From contig OX597823.1 in the NCBI GenBank assembly GCA_951406725.2, forward strand, positions 70,742,001-70,806,000: DNA of 64,000 nt, given 5' to 3'. Below the pieces are notes generated by a model, which saw only the letters and a program-made list of their open reading frames with translations, had not been told where the DNA came from and searched no databases. This document shows, one piece after another, positions 13,810 to 26,050 of this stretch. Each line of letters starts with the position of its first letter. The first letter of the stretch is position 1. The position numbers and the translations under genes were made by a program. The DNA is from Octopus vulgaris (taxonomy: Eukaryota).

Positions 13810-14140
13810 CTAATACACACACCAACTAATACATACTAATACGTACTAATACATACCAGTACATACTAATACTTACACCAACCCTATACATACACACGTC
13901 CAGACCCCGCATACGCACTTATACTCTCTCTCACACACACACACACACCTATACATACCAATACGTACTAATACATACTAATACATACTAATACATACAC
14001 CAACCCCATACATACGCACGTCCAGACCAATCTTACGCACTAATACTCTCTCATACACACACACACACACACACACCCTTATACATACTAATACATACAC
14101 CAACCCTATACATACACACATCCAGACCCCTCCCACGCAC
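13810..14140 (+). repeat. PLE 3' UTR repeats: (CTAATACATA)n and three ~100-120-bp units
   Basis: ACCAACCC(T/C)ATACATAC..AC(G/A)TCCAGACC at ~13879, ~13999 and ~14100. Confidence 0.8.
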
Positions 14141-14313
14141 TTTTAGCTGGTCCCTCAACCCTTTTATCAACCCTATTATCTCCCCTTATTTCGCTCTCGC
14201 GTCTCATGTTTGATCTTTGACCTCTGGCCGAAATCAGATCGCCATGTTGATTCGTTAGCTACTGCACGCATTTTTTTTCTCTCCTTCTTTCTGTGTTTTT
14301 CTCTCTCTGTGTA

Positions 14314-14351
14314 TCTTTCTGTTGAAGAGCGTAGGCTCGAAACGTTAAAGA
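14314..14351 (+). ncRNA. Minimal hammerhead variant (CUGUUGA core) in the PLE pseudo-LTR
   Basis: TCTTT-CTGTTGA-A-GAG CGTAGG CTC-GAAA-CG-TT-AAAGA, with palindromic AACGTT stem III. Confidence 0.7.
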
Positions 14352-15296
14352 CTTGTTTTATTTATATTTCCTGAGCGCCATACTAATACAATTGTTCGTT
14401 TGTTTTCCACCGCCTTCGTCTTTTGTTTATTTTCATAAAGCTTCCCGTTATATATATATATATATGTACACAAATATATAAATACGTGTGTGTACATATA
14501 TATATATATATGTATATATAGGGAGAGAGAGAGAGAGACAGAGATTGGGTTCATGCAAGAATAAGTGCTGTTTTGAACTAGCAAATTTATGTATATCTCT
14601 ATACTCAGCAATTTTTTTTTTATTAATCGAAGAAATAACTGCTAGAATCTGCGTACTTTTGCCAACGGGAATCAAGTCTTTTCCGGTTACACAGAATTCT
14701 AGACTCTTGGAACCGAAACATTTTTGAAAGCTATTTGCGAGCAGACAGTGAAATACTTGAAAAGTAATAGTAAATCGGAAAGTGAAGTATGTGTGTGTGT
14801 GTGTGGGGGGGGGGACGGTGGTTGAGTTAAAAATTCATAGATAAATTCATAGAATTTCTGCTGTCACGTATGTACACCAACACGTATGCACACATATAGA
14901 CACATCCGAACACACACACACACACAAGCCATAATTGTATATATATATATATATATGTATGTATGTGTGTGCGTTTCTACACACACACACATGTATAAAT
15001 AGATTGTTAAAAGTGGTGCGCAGATTTTTTATATATTTAAGAAATAGACATTTGGTATAAAAACCATCTATTCAGCGCTTTCATCTCTTTTAAGGATTCA
15101 TCATGAATGATTTCTTTTAGATAATCCATTGCATATGTGAGTTAACAGAAAGAAATGGTTTTGAAGTTGAATTTGTTTACTTGGATTTTTGGAAAGAGAA
15201 TGCGTTGGGAGTGGTCTTTTTAGAATTTCTTTGTTACTTTAAACCTCTGCGTGTGTGTGAGTGTGTGTGTGAATTGTGGAACACGACTGTCACTAC

Positions 15297-15338
15297 ATAA
15301 ACCTGATGAATGCGTAAGGCATGAAAGTACTAGTTTAT
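15297..15338 (+). ncRNA. Canonical minimal type I hammerhead ribozyme
   Basis: ATAAAC-CTGATGA-ATGC GTAAG GCAT-GAAA-GTAC-TA-GTTTAT: 6-bp stem I, 4-bp stem II, palindromic AGTACT stem III. Confidence 0.88.
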
Positions 15339-15479
15339 TTCAATATTGTAAAAGTGAAAAAGTGTAAAACTTGAAAATACAAAAAAGTGAAAATCAAAGT
15401 AAGTTGGAATTTCATTGATTCATTTATATATATGTGTATATATAACTATATATATATATATATATATACATCGAATAAG

Positions 15480-17535
15480 ATAGAAAGCCTTCTGCCATGA
15501 CATAATACACGAGGACATATCCTACTTGATTAAATATAGAAATAAGGAAACAGAATGGATTAGAAAACACTTCGAATCAAAGAAACACCCCCCATATAAC
15601 AGACATCTAGATACTTTCGAAGACCAGACTTGGAATGCAGTTAAGAATATCAAATTTGAGAAGCACCCACTTAGAAACCAGCGCACGAGAAAACTAAAGA
15701 ACATTATCCTGGATTTAAAATGTAAAGATGAAATTTTGGTTACCCCGGACAAAACAGGAAATCTATACAATTAAAATATTAATTTATACTATGATCTTAT
15801 TCAGAGGGAAATAACTAAAACATATAAAATAATAAATAGGAATATACTTAGGAATATTAATCTTGAGTGTAAAAAAAATAATGTGTGATATAATATTGAT
15901 GAATTGATTGAACCTTTTGTGTTTCTGAGACCTAGAATATCTCTTAAAGACCACAAATCTAATTTCTTTACTGACCCTAAAAGTAAGACTTATTTGCCCA
16001 GTAAATTAAGCAAATTGATTTTAGATAAATATATTGTCCAACTTAAGAATAAATTAAGATTAGATCTGTGGTCTAATACACAGGAAGTAATTAGCTGGTT
16101 CAATAGAATCGATAATAAGGATAGACGTAGATTTATCCAGGTCGATATAAATGATTACTACTCCTCAATAAACCTCTTAGTACTCAATAGTGCCGTTATA
16201 TTTGCTAAGCGTCATACTAACTTGTCTCGCCAGGAAATTAGTATTATCAATTAAATTTGACAATAAATACTGGGCTAGGAAAGACACATCAGATTACTTC
16301 GACATAGCTATGGGTTTGGTTGGTTCGGCGCAAGTTACCGATATTGTAGGAATATATATACTGTATAAGTTTAATAGTGAATTCGCAGAAAGAGGTGGCA
16401 GCCTATATCGGGACGATATATTATTTATTACTAAAACTATTAATAATAGAAAACAAGAAAATTATAAGTAAAATTTTCATAAATTCTTCAATAGGTTTGG
16501 TCTTAAAATTTCTGCTGAAAATGAGCAGAGCGAAGTAAATCTTCTAGATGGTAATCGTAATTTACTCACAGGCAACCATGCACCATATCATAAATCCAAT
16601 TCAAAGTTGACATATATGAATTTTGAAAGTAATAATCCTAAAACAATCACAAATTGCTTAGTTAGAAATATTCAACGTAGAATTAATTACCTTTCAACTA
16701 GTGAAGAAATTTTTAATATAAATAATGATTATTATAACTCAGCATTAGCTAAGGCAGGATAAAAATAAAGAAAAACTAAATTTGACATACATAATGATAA
16801 CATACAAACAACCAGGTAAATGAAAACTTGATTATAATAAATACAAACGCATCAAAAATTAACATTAAAAAGCATAATAATAGAAATAAAGATAATTGCA
16901 ATTATAACGATAATATAACATGAATTACAATCAACATGAATCTAACTACTGACTAAACAATAAAAAAACCTAAAAAATCATTAAAACGTAAGAGACATAT
17001 TCCATCTATAAAACATGCAGATGAAAACAACGAGAAATGCCTGAATAAAAAGGATAATAATAATATCTGGTTTATCTTACCTTATGGAAAGCAGATAAGG
17101 ACTAACCTTGTCCGAGTAATTTGTTCTCTCATAGATAAACATTTTACTTCTAATACATATAATAAAATAATAAGGATTGGATTTTCGGTAACTAAAAACC
17201 TATTTCGGTATATATTTTCTTTTTGTAATGAAAAACTTGATGAATATTACACAAATAGAAATAATCCCCCTCTAACTATAAACACAAACAATATCCAATC
17301 AAGCAAAAACACCAGACATGTTATATCTAGACAACAATGATTTCTGTGATCGTAAAGTTAAAGAAAAAGGTAAATTTAACAATTCTTATAAACGTAGAAA
17401 CCTAGTATACCGGGCAACCGTTGAAGCAGAAGGCAAATAACTCTATTATGTTGGAGCGACAGCGTGTTATGTGATATCTCGACTTGCGAACAATGAGATC
17501 TCCTTTAGAAATCTCGGAACTAGCGATCATAGTTT
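15480..17535 (+). pseudogene. Decayed AT-rich PLE (Naiad-like): RT plus C-terminal GIY-YIG
   Basis: VTPDKTGNLY (no DKG), RISLKDHKSNF, FIQVDINDYYSSI, FDIAMG, LYRDD, NLVYRATVE...YYVGAT. Many stops and frameshifts. Confidence 0.85.
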
Positions 17536-17539
17536 ATTG

Positions 17540-17750
17540 TGTCCATAATAGGGCCAGCAATTAGACATCTGGAAATCGCAATCCACACTCCAACCTTAGG
17601 ATCAAGTAGGACTATTTCAGGTAAACTGTGACGATTATTGGACGGCAACCGTGTTTTGGGAATTAACGTAACCCGAGACATGGAACCATGCTTCGTCGGT
17701 AAAAAAAAGTGACATCCAGCCCATTAGCAGTATTCTCTTCGATAAATCGG
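17540..17750 (-). mobile_element. Tc1/mariner transposase fragment
   Basis: FFTDEAWFHVSGYVNSQN and KVGVWIAISRCLIAGP. Confidence 0.8.
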
Positions 17751-17756
17751 TTAAAT

Positions 17757-18336
17757 CAGGGGTTCCCAAGCGGGATCCACAAGGACGCTGGGAGTCCACA
17801 GGTGTAACGTAAATTGAGGATCCACGAATGCAATGTAGCAAATTGGGGGTCCACGGTAATTTTCCGGAAGGCATGGAAAATTTATGATTTAGACTAGTAG
17901 TTTCCAATGTCGACCCCTTTCCTTTAACTTTTCAGTGGTGCGCTCACAAGCTTGGAAACTTGTTTAAAAAACGCCTTGAAAAATGTTGCTATAAATACTG
18001 TCTTCGCTAATTTATTTACTACTTTACTTATCGTAGCAAGATTAAAGAAAATATAATTCTAAAAATCGCAAACATTTATATATGAAGCCGGTTATAAAAT
18101 TCCCCAGAGAATTTCCTGGAAAGGTGGAAGAAATAACATTGAGCCAATACAACAACAACAACAACAATACTGACGCCGAGAACAGCAGCAACAACAAAAT
18201 TGAAAAACTACATACGCACATACACACACATACTTGGCGTAGCTATCAAAGAACATGATCAGTGCTAGCCAAAGCTATCGCAGTGTATGTTATGTGTATA
18301 TATATATATGTGTGTGTGTATGTGAGTGAGTGTGTT

Positions 18337-18380
<44 letters not shown>

Positions 18381-19290
18381 TATTTATAAAATATATATAC
18401 AAGTATGTATATATATATATATGCATTCTTATTATTGTTATATGTGTATACTTTTCATACATATTTACTCACACACGCGTGTCCGTACACGCACATTACA
18501 CACATACACATAGACACGTACTTGGCGTTGATATGAAAGAACATGATTGACTGCTCCCTAAAGTAATCACAATCTCAAAATCCCCAGAGAATATTTACCG
18601 AAGACCGAAGTTTATTACGACATACATACACATATAACAGAGTGTTCAAACTCTCTTCATTTTGGTTACAGAATTCATAAAGGACGGAGTCTCGTAAAGA
18701 ATCCGATTTAATATAGTTAACATTTATCACAATATTAAGGGCGTCGTGCAGACGTCCACTTAATTGTTTTGCAATAAGTGTTGTCGGTTTATCACACAGT
18801 GTATACAAAATACTTCAGGCACATACTTTTTAATTGGCAATGAAACATCTGCATCTGGCAGTTATGGATAGAGTACTGTCATTAGCACAAACGATTATAT
18901 TTTTGAGAGAAATATAATTTTCCTGGAAATAATTTACAACTTTTCGCCCTTTGCATCTGTTTTAAGATGTCTGGCAAATTACCTTTCCTCTCTGAACCCG
19001 TTACACTCCAAAAAACCAATAAAATAGCTTCATTACCTCCCAGGATAGGTTCATCAAGTGCCTTTAATTAGACATCATATTGTTTACAATTTATGTGTCT
19101 CCGAGCAGTCCCACAAGTGTGAATACGCAGGTTGTGTATTTGAATTTGGGAGGTGCCATGGAGACACAAGGAATGGTATATAAATCTGTAGAATTATTGC
19201 GTCCCCACAGCGTGAAACTATTACTAGCTCTTATATATTATATTATAATTACCTTTCATTGGATGGAATAGTTTTTTGGTGACCCTACTA
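17757..19290 (-). mobile_element. Decayed hAT (Charlie/Buster-like) element with internal microsatellites; right boundary tentative
   Basis: Terminus CAGGGGTTCCCAA at 17757. Transposase remnant LIAKQLSGRLHDALNIVINVNYIKSDSLRD at 18575-19060. A related end lies at 61735-61975. Confidence 0.6.
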
Positions 19291-19319
19291 ATAACGAACA
19301 CTAAGCTAGATATTTTAGT

Positions 19320-19935
19320 ATCACAGTCCCGAGCAGACCATCAGATGGTGTCATACGCCATTGGTCGCAATGCGCTCCCAACTCTAACTTGATTGCGGCA
19401 TTCTTTATCATCTTGTCCAAAACTGCTTGACTAAATCGTCTTCCCATCAACGCGGTGGCTTTTCAAGTAGTCTTTTCCGATTTCTTGGATTCTACTCGGC
19501 AACTGCACAAGCTCATTTGTTGTCTGTGAGCCTTACGACATGTTTGGCCCAGCGAAACTTGTGCTTTCGGTACTCTGCGATCACATCATTTACTCTGCTC
19601 CGTTCTTGAATTATGACATTTCGAATATGCTCTCAAATGATATTCCTAGCATGGATTTTTCTTTCTATAGGCCTTTTCATTGCAGCCAATCGATGTTCTA
19701 TTCTCTTCGTATTAGGGCACATTTCAACTCCGTATAAAAGCGCCGGTAGAACGGAGCTATTGAAGAGCCTGGCACATACGGCATTGTCTAGCTTCGTTTG
19801 GAACACATCCTGTCCTTATTCTCTTTGCAATTTCAGCATCCCGATCTCGCCGCATACTCACTGTGTGTGCTAGTTAGACGTACCCATTTACCTCTTCGAT
19901 TTCATCGCTTCTCATCTCTATTCGGACTTGAGCTA
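19320..19935 (-). mobile_element. RTE-clade LINE 3' fragment
   Basis: Minus strand ERSRVNDVIAEYRKHKFRWAKHVVRLTDNK...PRNRKR, the C-terminal W.GHV.R motif. Confidence 0.75.
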
Positions 19936-20014
19936 CGTCACCCGACTGCATATATATATATGAGCACAATTTAGAATTGTTGAATTATGTTTGTCACATA
20001 TTTCGACTACCAAA

Positions 20015-20516
20015 GGCAAATACACTGCAGTTACTGTGGAGATAAAATCTCTCTTACGGTAAAAAGTTGTGAAAACACCAATTCGTTCAGTGTCGCCATC
20101 TGTTAGGAAATCGATGTTTCGAGGTTTTTGACTATTATCAATGAGATGTACCTAAGAGAGCCAACTCTGAACCAAGTAAATAAACCTTGTAGCGTTATAT
20201 ATAATTCAATCAACATGTTGACTGATTTGCACTAGTAAATATCCCCATCGAAATAACTAACGAAGAATTGGAGCGAAGCAGTGTTCAGATATGAGCATAA
20301 TTTAGGTCATCGTGTTGACTGAATTATATATAAAGCTACAAGCTTTCTTTAGTTCGTTCAGAGTTGCCTCTCTTAGGTACATCTCATTGACAAAAGTAAA
20401 AAAAACTCGAAACATCGATATCTCAGATTCCTAACAGAGGGCATCATTGAACGAACTGGTATTTTCACAACTTTTTTACCATAAGAGAGATATTTCTCCA
20501 AGGCAGTGTATTTGCC
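20015..20516. mobile_element. MITE with ~150-bp imperfect terminal inverted repeats
   Basis: GGCAAATACACTGC...CAATGAGATGTACCTAAGAGAG (20015-20160) against CTCTCTTAGGTACATCTCATTG...GCAGTGTATTTGCC (20368-20516). Confidence 0.85.
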
Positions 20517-21709
20517 ACCAACAGGTGTCCGGGGTCGCGATGGGAACTAGGATGGGCCCCAATTTCGCCAATCTCTTTCTTGGCTACATTGAGGCCCAAG
20601 TGTTCTCCCAGTTCTCTGGGCCGACCCCCGAACTATACGGTCGCTATATCGACGACTGTGTAGGTGCCACCTCCCTTTCCCGGGAACGTCTCGGCCAATT
20701 CATCTCTTTCCTTTCCAACTTTCACCCCTCTCTTCAATTCACCTCCACCATCTCCAACACCTCTGTCAACTTCCTTGACATCTCTCTCCGCATCGATCAC
20801 CCCTCCAGCTCTCTCACCACCACCGCCTTCTTTAAACCTACGGATTCCCACCTCTATCTCAACTTCTCTTCCTCCCACCCCTTCCACACCAAACGAGCCA
20901 TCCCCTACTCCCAGTTCCTCCGCCTCCGACGTTTGTGCAGCCGCGACCAGGATTTCGAGACCCAATCTCAATACCTGGCCCGCATGTTCAGACTCCGAGG
21001 TTACCCACCCACACTCCTCTCTGATGCCCTCACCCGCGCCCGTCGCATCGACCGCACTACCGCCTTGTCTCCTTCCCCCCGCCCACCCCCCAACCGCACC
21101 CCCTTCCCCCTCCTTTTCCACCCCTCTACCCTACCCCTTCGTCGCAAGATACTACGTGCCTTCCGTCGCCTCCAGCTTGATCCCACCACCCGCCCCATTT
21201 TCCCTAACCCACCCCTGTCCTCTTTCAAACGAGCCCGCAATCTGCGTGACCTCCTGGTCCACAGCACCCTCTCCCCTTCCCCCTCAGCCCCACACGGATC
21301 ATTCCCTTGCTCTAGATCCCGCTGCAACACTTGCCCCTTCATCACCAACACCACCGCTGTCACCGGCTCCAACCTGCATACTGTACGCATTAGGCACTCT
21401 TTTACGTGCACCTCGTCTGGCCTTATTTACTGCATTAAATGCAACCTATGCGGGATGCTGTATGTAGGTCAGACGGGACGCCGGTTGTCCGACCGTTTCA
21501 CTGAACACTTGAGGGACGTTCGCCTACACTCTTTTTCTCCCGTCGCACGCCACTTCCGCTCGGCCGGCCATTCCCGAGATGACATCTCAGTGTTTGGTCT
21601 CGCCCCCCACAATGGTCGCCCACTTTCCAGGCTCCACTTGGAGCAACGCTACATCTTCACCCTACAAACTACCACCCCACACGGACTTAACACAGCCCCC
21701 TCCTCTTGA
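20517..21709 (+). CDS. Uninterrupted C-terminal half of the PLE RT plus GIY-YIG endonuclease; no genuine start codon
   Basis: QVSGVAMGTRMGPNFANLF, RYIDD, CSRSRCNTC, GLIYCIKC..YVGQTGRRL. The first ~23 aa of ORF 20447 are MITE sequence. Confidence 0.88.
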
Positions 21710-21744
21710 GACCGTTTTTTTTTTTTTTTTTTTTTTTTTTTCCG

Positions 21745-24445
21745 GACACACCACCCACACACACCCACCCACCTACCTCCCACCCACCTACCTCCCACCC
21801 ACCTACCTACCTCCCACACGCCTGTTCACACACACACATACGTAGACCCATCTACGTACATACATTCACACATTTAATCACACACACTTACAGACACACA
21901 TGCACATACACACACACATACATACACACACGCATACATACTTACACACACACACACACACAGACATACATACACACATACACACACACATACATACGCA
22001 CATACATACACACACACTCACACACACACACCGCACGTACATACCTCACACACACACACATGCACACATACATGTAGGCACATACATACATACATACCCA
22101 CACATGCACACCCGTACACTGAATGCACACACACATACACCTTTTTGCATCCAGGCAGCCCCCCTCTTTTCTGCTTTCCGGTTTTGGCTGATGGATCCTC
22201 GGTTCCCGCGTAGCGGGGCGTTCGAGGGCCTTTGCGCTCGCGCGCCTTGGCGCGCGCTGGGGGCTCGGTCGGCCCCTTTGGGCTTGCGTTGCACTGCTTG
22301 TGCGTTGTGTGCGTGAGCGCGCTTCGTGTGTGTGGGCTTGCTTCGGATGTGCGCTTGCGTATGTTTGCATACATACCCACACACTCGCATGCATCCCTAC
22401 CCACATACATACACGCACACCTACTCACACACACACATACACACACACACATACCCGCACACACACACACATACATACATACACACACATACCCACTTCA
22501 GACATACACACACACAGACATACACCCATACACCCACACTCACACGCATACACACACACACATACACACGCACACGTACACATACACACACACACACACC
22601 CACATACATACATTACACTTGTATACGCACACACTTACATTCATACACACACACACCTACACAGCCATACCCTCACTCAGACACACACATCTACCTACAC
22701 ACACACAAACACACACTGACACACACCCATATATAGATACATCTACACACTCACGCCTACACACATACATACACACATACATAAACACACACACATACAC
22801 ATACACACACATACGCACACACGCATATACTTATACACATGCACACACACACACATACATACACCCATATACATACACACACATACCTACATACTCCTAT
22901 ACGCACATACATACACACAGACATACACACATACACACTCACACAAACATACACACACACATACTTACACACACACTCACCTGCACGCGCACACACATGC
23001 ATGACAAACACTCATACACTCACACTCACATACGCACACACCAACATAAACACGCACACGCACACACACACCTACACTCCCACACACATACACACGCACC
23101 TACATACACACACGCACGCATACACACGCATACACACATACATTACACACGTACACACACACCTACATACACATGCACACACACACACACACAAACATGC
23201 ACGGACACACCCAGACATACATACATACACCTATATACACACGCCTACACACCTACATACACACACATATACACACGCCCACACAGCTACATACACACAC
23301 ATACATACACACATACACGGACACACCCATACATACTTACATACATACACCTATACACACACGCCTACACACCTACACACACACATGCACACACACACAC
23401 ATGTACGCACATACACACACATATACGCACACACATATATACCCACACACATGCACACACACACACATACGCACATACATGCACGCATGCACACGCGCAC
23501 ACCTACACGCATACACACACACACACGCACGTACACATACATACATACACACACGCATACATACACCCATACACATACATGCATCCTACACACACATACA
23601 TACACACTCACACATACATACACACACACGCACTCACTCACACACCTGTATGTTCGCGCACACACATGCACATACACACACTTCCCCACACCCACACGTA
23701 CATACATACACACTCATACACACATACACACACACACACACACACGGACATACATCTATGCACACACATATATACACACATACTCACATACATTCATCGG
23801 ACACACTGCCACCCAGACATACACACAGACACACTCACACATCCACACGCACACATACGTACGCGCACACTCGCAGGCTCGCGCACACACGCGTTTGCGC
23901 CGGTTCGCGCACGCATGCGCCCGCATGCACCTCGCCCTTGGATCCGACGAGACCTCCCGCCCGTTCCTGGGATGTCGCGTGTCGTTGGGTTTTCCCACGC
24001 CCGTCTCCGCGGGACCACTCCTCCATCTTCCCCTCCGCTGGAGTCCTTTTCCTAAACCCCCCCCCCCCTTTTTTTTCGTTACACACACGCGCACACATAT
24101 ACACACATTGCTTAAACATATACCTCACTCTTACACACATTCAATCTACTCGCCACTAATACTACCACGACACTGGACACACACACACACTACCACTCAA
24201 CACACGCTGGCACGCTACATACGCCCCCACCCCTTCCCCTCCCTCCCTTCCTCCTTCCTCCCTTTTCTCACTACTGACCTTTGTCTGCTATGCTGCTGCT
24301 ATGCTGACCACCGTCTCGCCCTACCTCACACGCCTACACACAGACGCACACACTAACACATACATATATTTTTTGTTTTTTTACCTCGCCTCACACACAC
24401 ACATACACACACGCACACGCACACACTCACACATACACACACATC
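21745..24445 (+). repeat. Degenerate (CA)/(CATA)-rich low-complexity tract with two GC-rich islands
   Basis: Direct inspection. Islands at ~22140-22360 and ~23870-24060. Confidence 0.9.
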
Positions 24446-24612
24446 TGTTGCGTTACCAACCTTGTCTCCACTCTTTTGCCTTTAAAAACCCACTTTGCTC
24501 TTGTTATCGTAAACATCCGCCTTTCACCATGTGCTTCTGCTAACACCAGCCGTTTTTTTCTCTATCTCCGTTGCCCGCTCCGGGATCTTTCTTTCCTCTC
24601 TCTTCCTTCTTT

Positions 24613-24650
24613 ATGTTTCCGACGAAGAGCTCCGCTCGAAACGTCATACC
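24613..24650 (+). ncRNA. Minimal hammerhead variant (CCGACGA core)
   Basis: CCGACGA-A-GAG CTCCG CTC-GAAA-CG-TC. The sibling at 58895-58925 (-) has CTGACGA. Confidence 0.65.
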
Positions 24651-24800
24651 TTCCTGCTTCCATTTCCTGAGCGCCTATTAATAATAATACTGTAATTGTT
24701 CCCTTGTTGTTGTTTTTTTGTTTCCCGTTTGGATTAAAATTATATATATATATATATATATAGATGTATACATACATGTGTACACAGCAAATGAAAGACA

Positions 24801-24880
24801 GAAGATGGGATATACGGAAATTTATTATTAATCACGACAATTGTCGTGATTAATAATAAATTCTCGTGTATCCCATCTTC
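24801..24880. repeat. Fold-back palindrome of a PLE pseudo-LTR tail
   Basis: Perfect AATTTATTATTAATCACGACAA|TTGTCGTGATTAATAATAAATT (24819-24862). The right arm matches 59261-59305. Confidence 0.85.
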
Positions 24881-24944
24881 CTTGTTTGTTCCCTCTGTGT
24901 TTAGCCCCTTTGAAAAACATTTGACCATTATATTTTCCACCGAC

Positions 24945-25305
24945 GGTCAACTATTCAAGTGGAATCTACATGAGGATACTTTCACAAGCCCTTCATAAAA
25001 CACTCCTTAAACACTCCAACTCCACCCTCAATCAATTTTCTTGCTTTTAACCATTCATTATTTTCTTTCAACTCTTGTTCATCAACACTCTTTCGCTTTC
25101 ATGATTATTATTAACAAGTCCCAACCCTACCTCCAGACATAACCAAATCTCTTATATATAGAATGTCACAGCACAACACAACCTGAAGATCAGTTTGACA
25201 ACTGCCACAGACAAATGCGGGCAAGTTCTCCAGAAAAGTTAAGAAGGAATCTTTAAAAAATGTCCTCACCGAAGTTAACAAAGAATTTCCTAGATCTACA
25301 AATCA
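24945..25305 (+). repeat. Unclassified ~350-bp dispersed repeat, copy 1
   Basis: Collinear similarity with 29916-30275. Confidence 0.8.
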
Positions 25306-26017
25306 TCGGGCGGCTTTTAAGCTAGCTACTGTATAATATTGGAAGCTCTCTTGGTTTCTGATTGCTCTAGTCATTCTGAATCCCTTACTCTTCTCATGTT
25401 GGCTACATTTGGAAACTTGGTAAGGGTATTTGATGCTCTCCTAGATGATCTCGTTCAGGAGTTTGAAAGTTCCTAAGTATTTGCATATTCACTGCATTGA
25501 AAGCTTTCTTGGCTGCCGTTTGATCTGGGTTTTCATTTGCACGGGACTTTCTTTTCCTTACTGCAGCCATAGCTCTTTAGATCACAATCTGGTCTTCTGT
25601 TGGCGGAGAGTTATTTTTACGTGGCATACTGCTGCCAGAAGAACTGAAAATTGATCGCTGCATTTAAATATTGCACTAATGTTTAAGCCTACGTTTTAAA
25701 AGTTCAACGATAATTTCTCTGCCGCCACTTAATTTAAAGACAATTTGATGTACGTTGCTCCTTACTTTTCGTACAAATAATTATTTCTATTTCATGTATG
25801 ACTTTTGCTGGATTTCGCAATTTAATTCGATTATTCCAAAATATATTTCCAAGTTATAAAAATAGTTATATTAATATGCCAATACTTACGTAGTTACGTA
25901 CGTACGTACTTGTAGTGTGTGTCACACTTAGTTGAAAGGAAGATGTAAAAAGAGAGAAATTAAACTTGTTAAGCAGAAGTATAGTTGAAGTAACGAGCAA
26001 AATGGCAAAGAATAGAC

Positions 26018-26050
<33 letters not shown>

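Larger units (their letters stand above)
10200..14449 (+). mobile_element. Near full-length Penelope-like retroelement, Neptune-type; 5' boundary approximate
   Basis: T-rich 5' UTR, RT plus GIY-YIG ORF, pyrimidine/CA-rich 3' UTR, hammerhead-bearing pseudo-LTR ending at (TA)n. Confidence 0.9.
20517..24741 (+). mobile_element. 5'-truncated Neptune-type PLE with a long CA-rich 3' region and hammerhead pseudo-LTR
   Basis: RT/GIY-YIG homologous to the 10.5-kb element, hammerhead at 24619, ends in (TA)n at ~24741. Confidence 0.85.

Noticed and set aside
21900-24356. Long His/Thr-rich ORFs (607, 505, 328 aa)
   Set aside because: Translations of CA-repeat sequence, which lacks stop codons. No domain content.
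25183-25215. CTGAAGA here and at 30160 as hammerhead cores
   Set aside because: No downstream GAAA, stem III or stem I partner.
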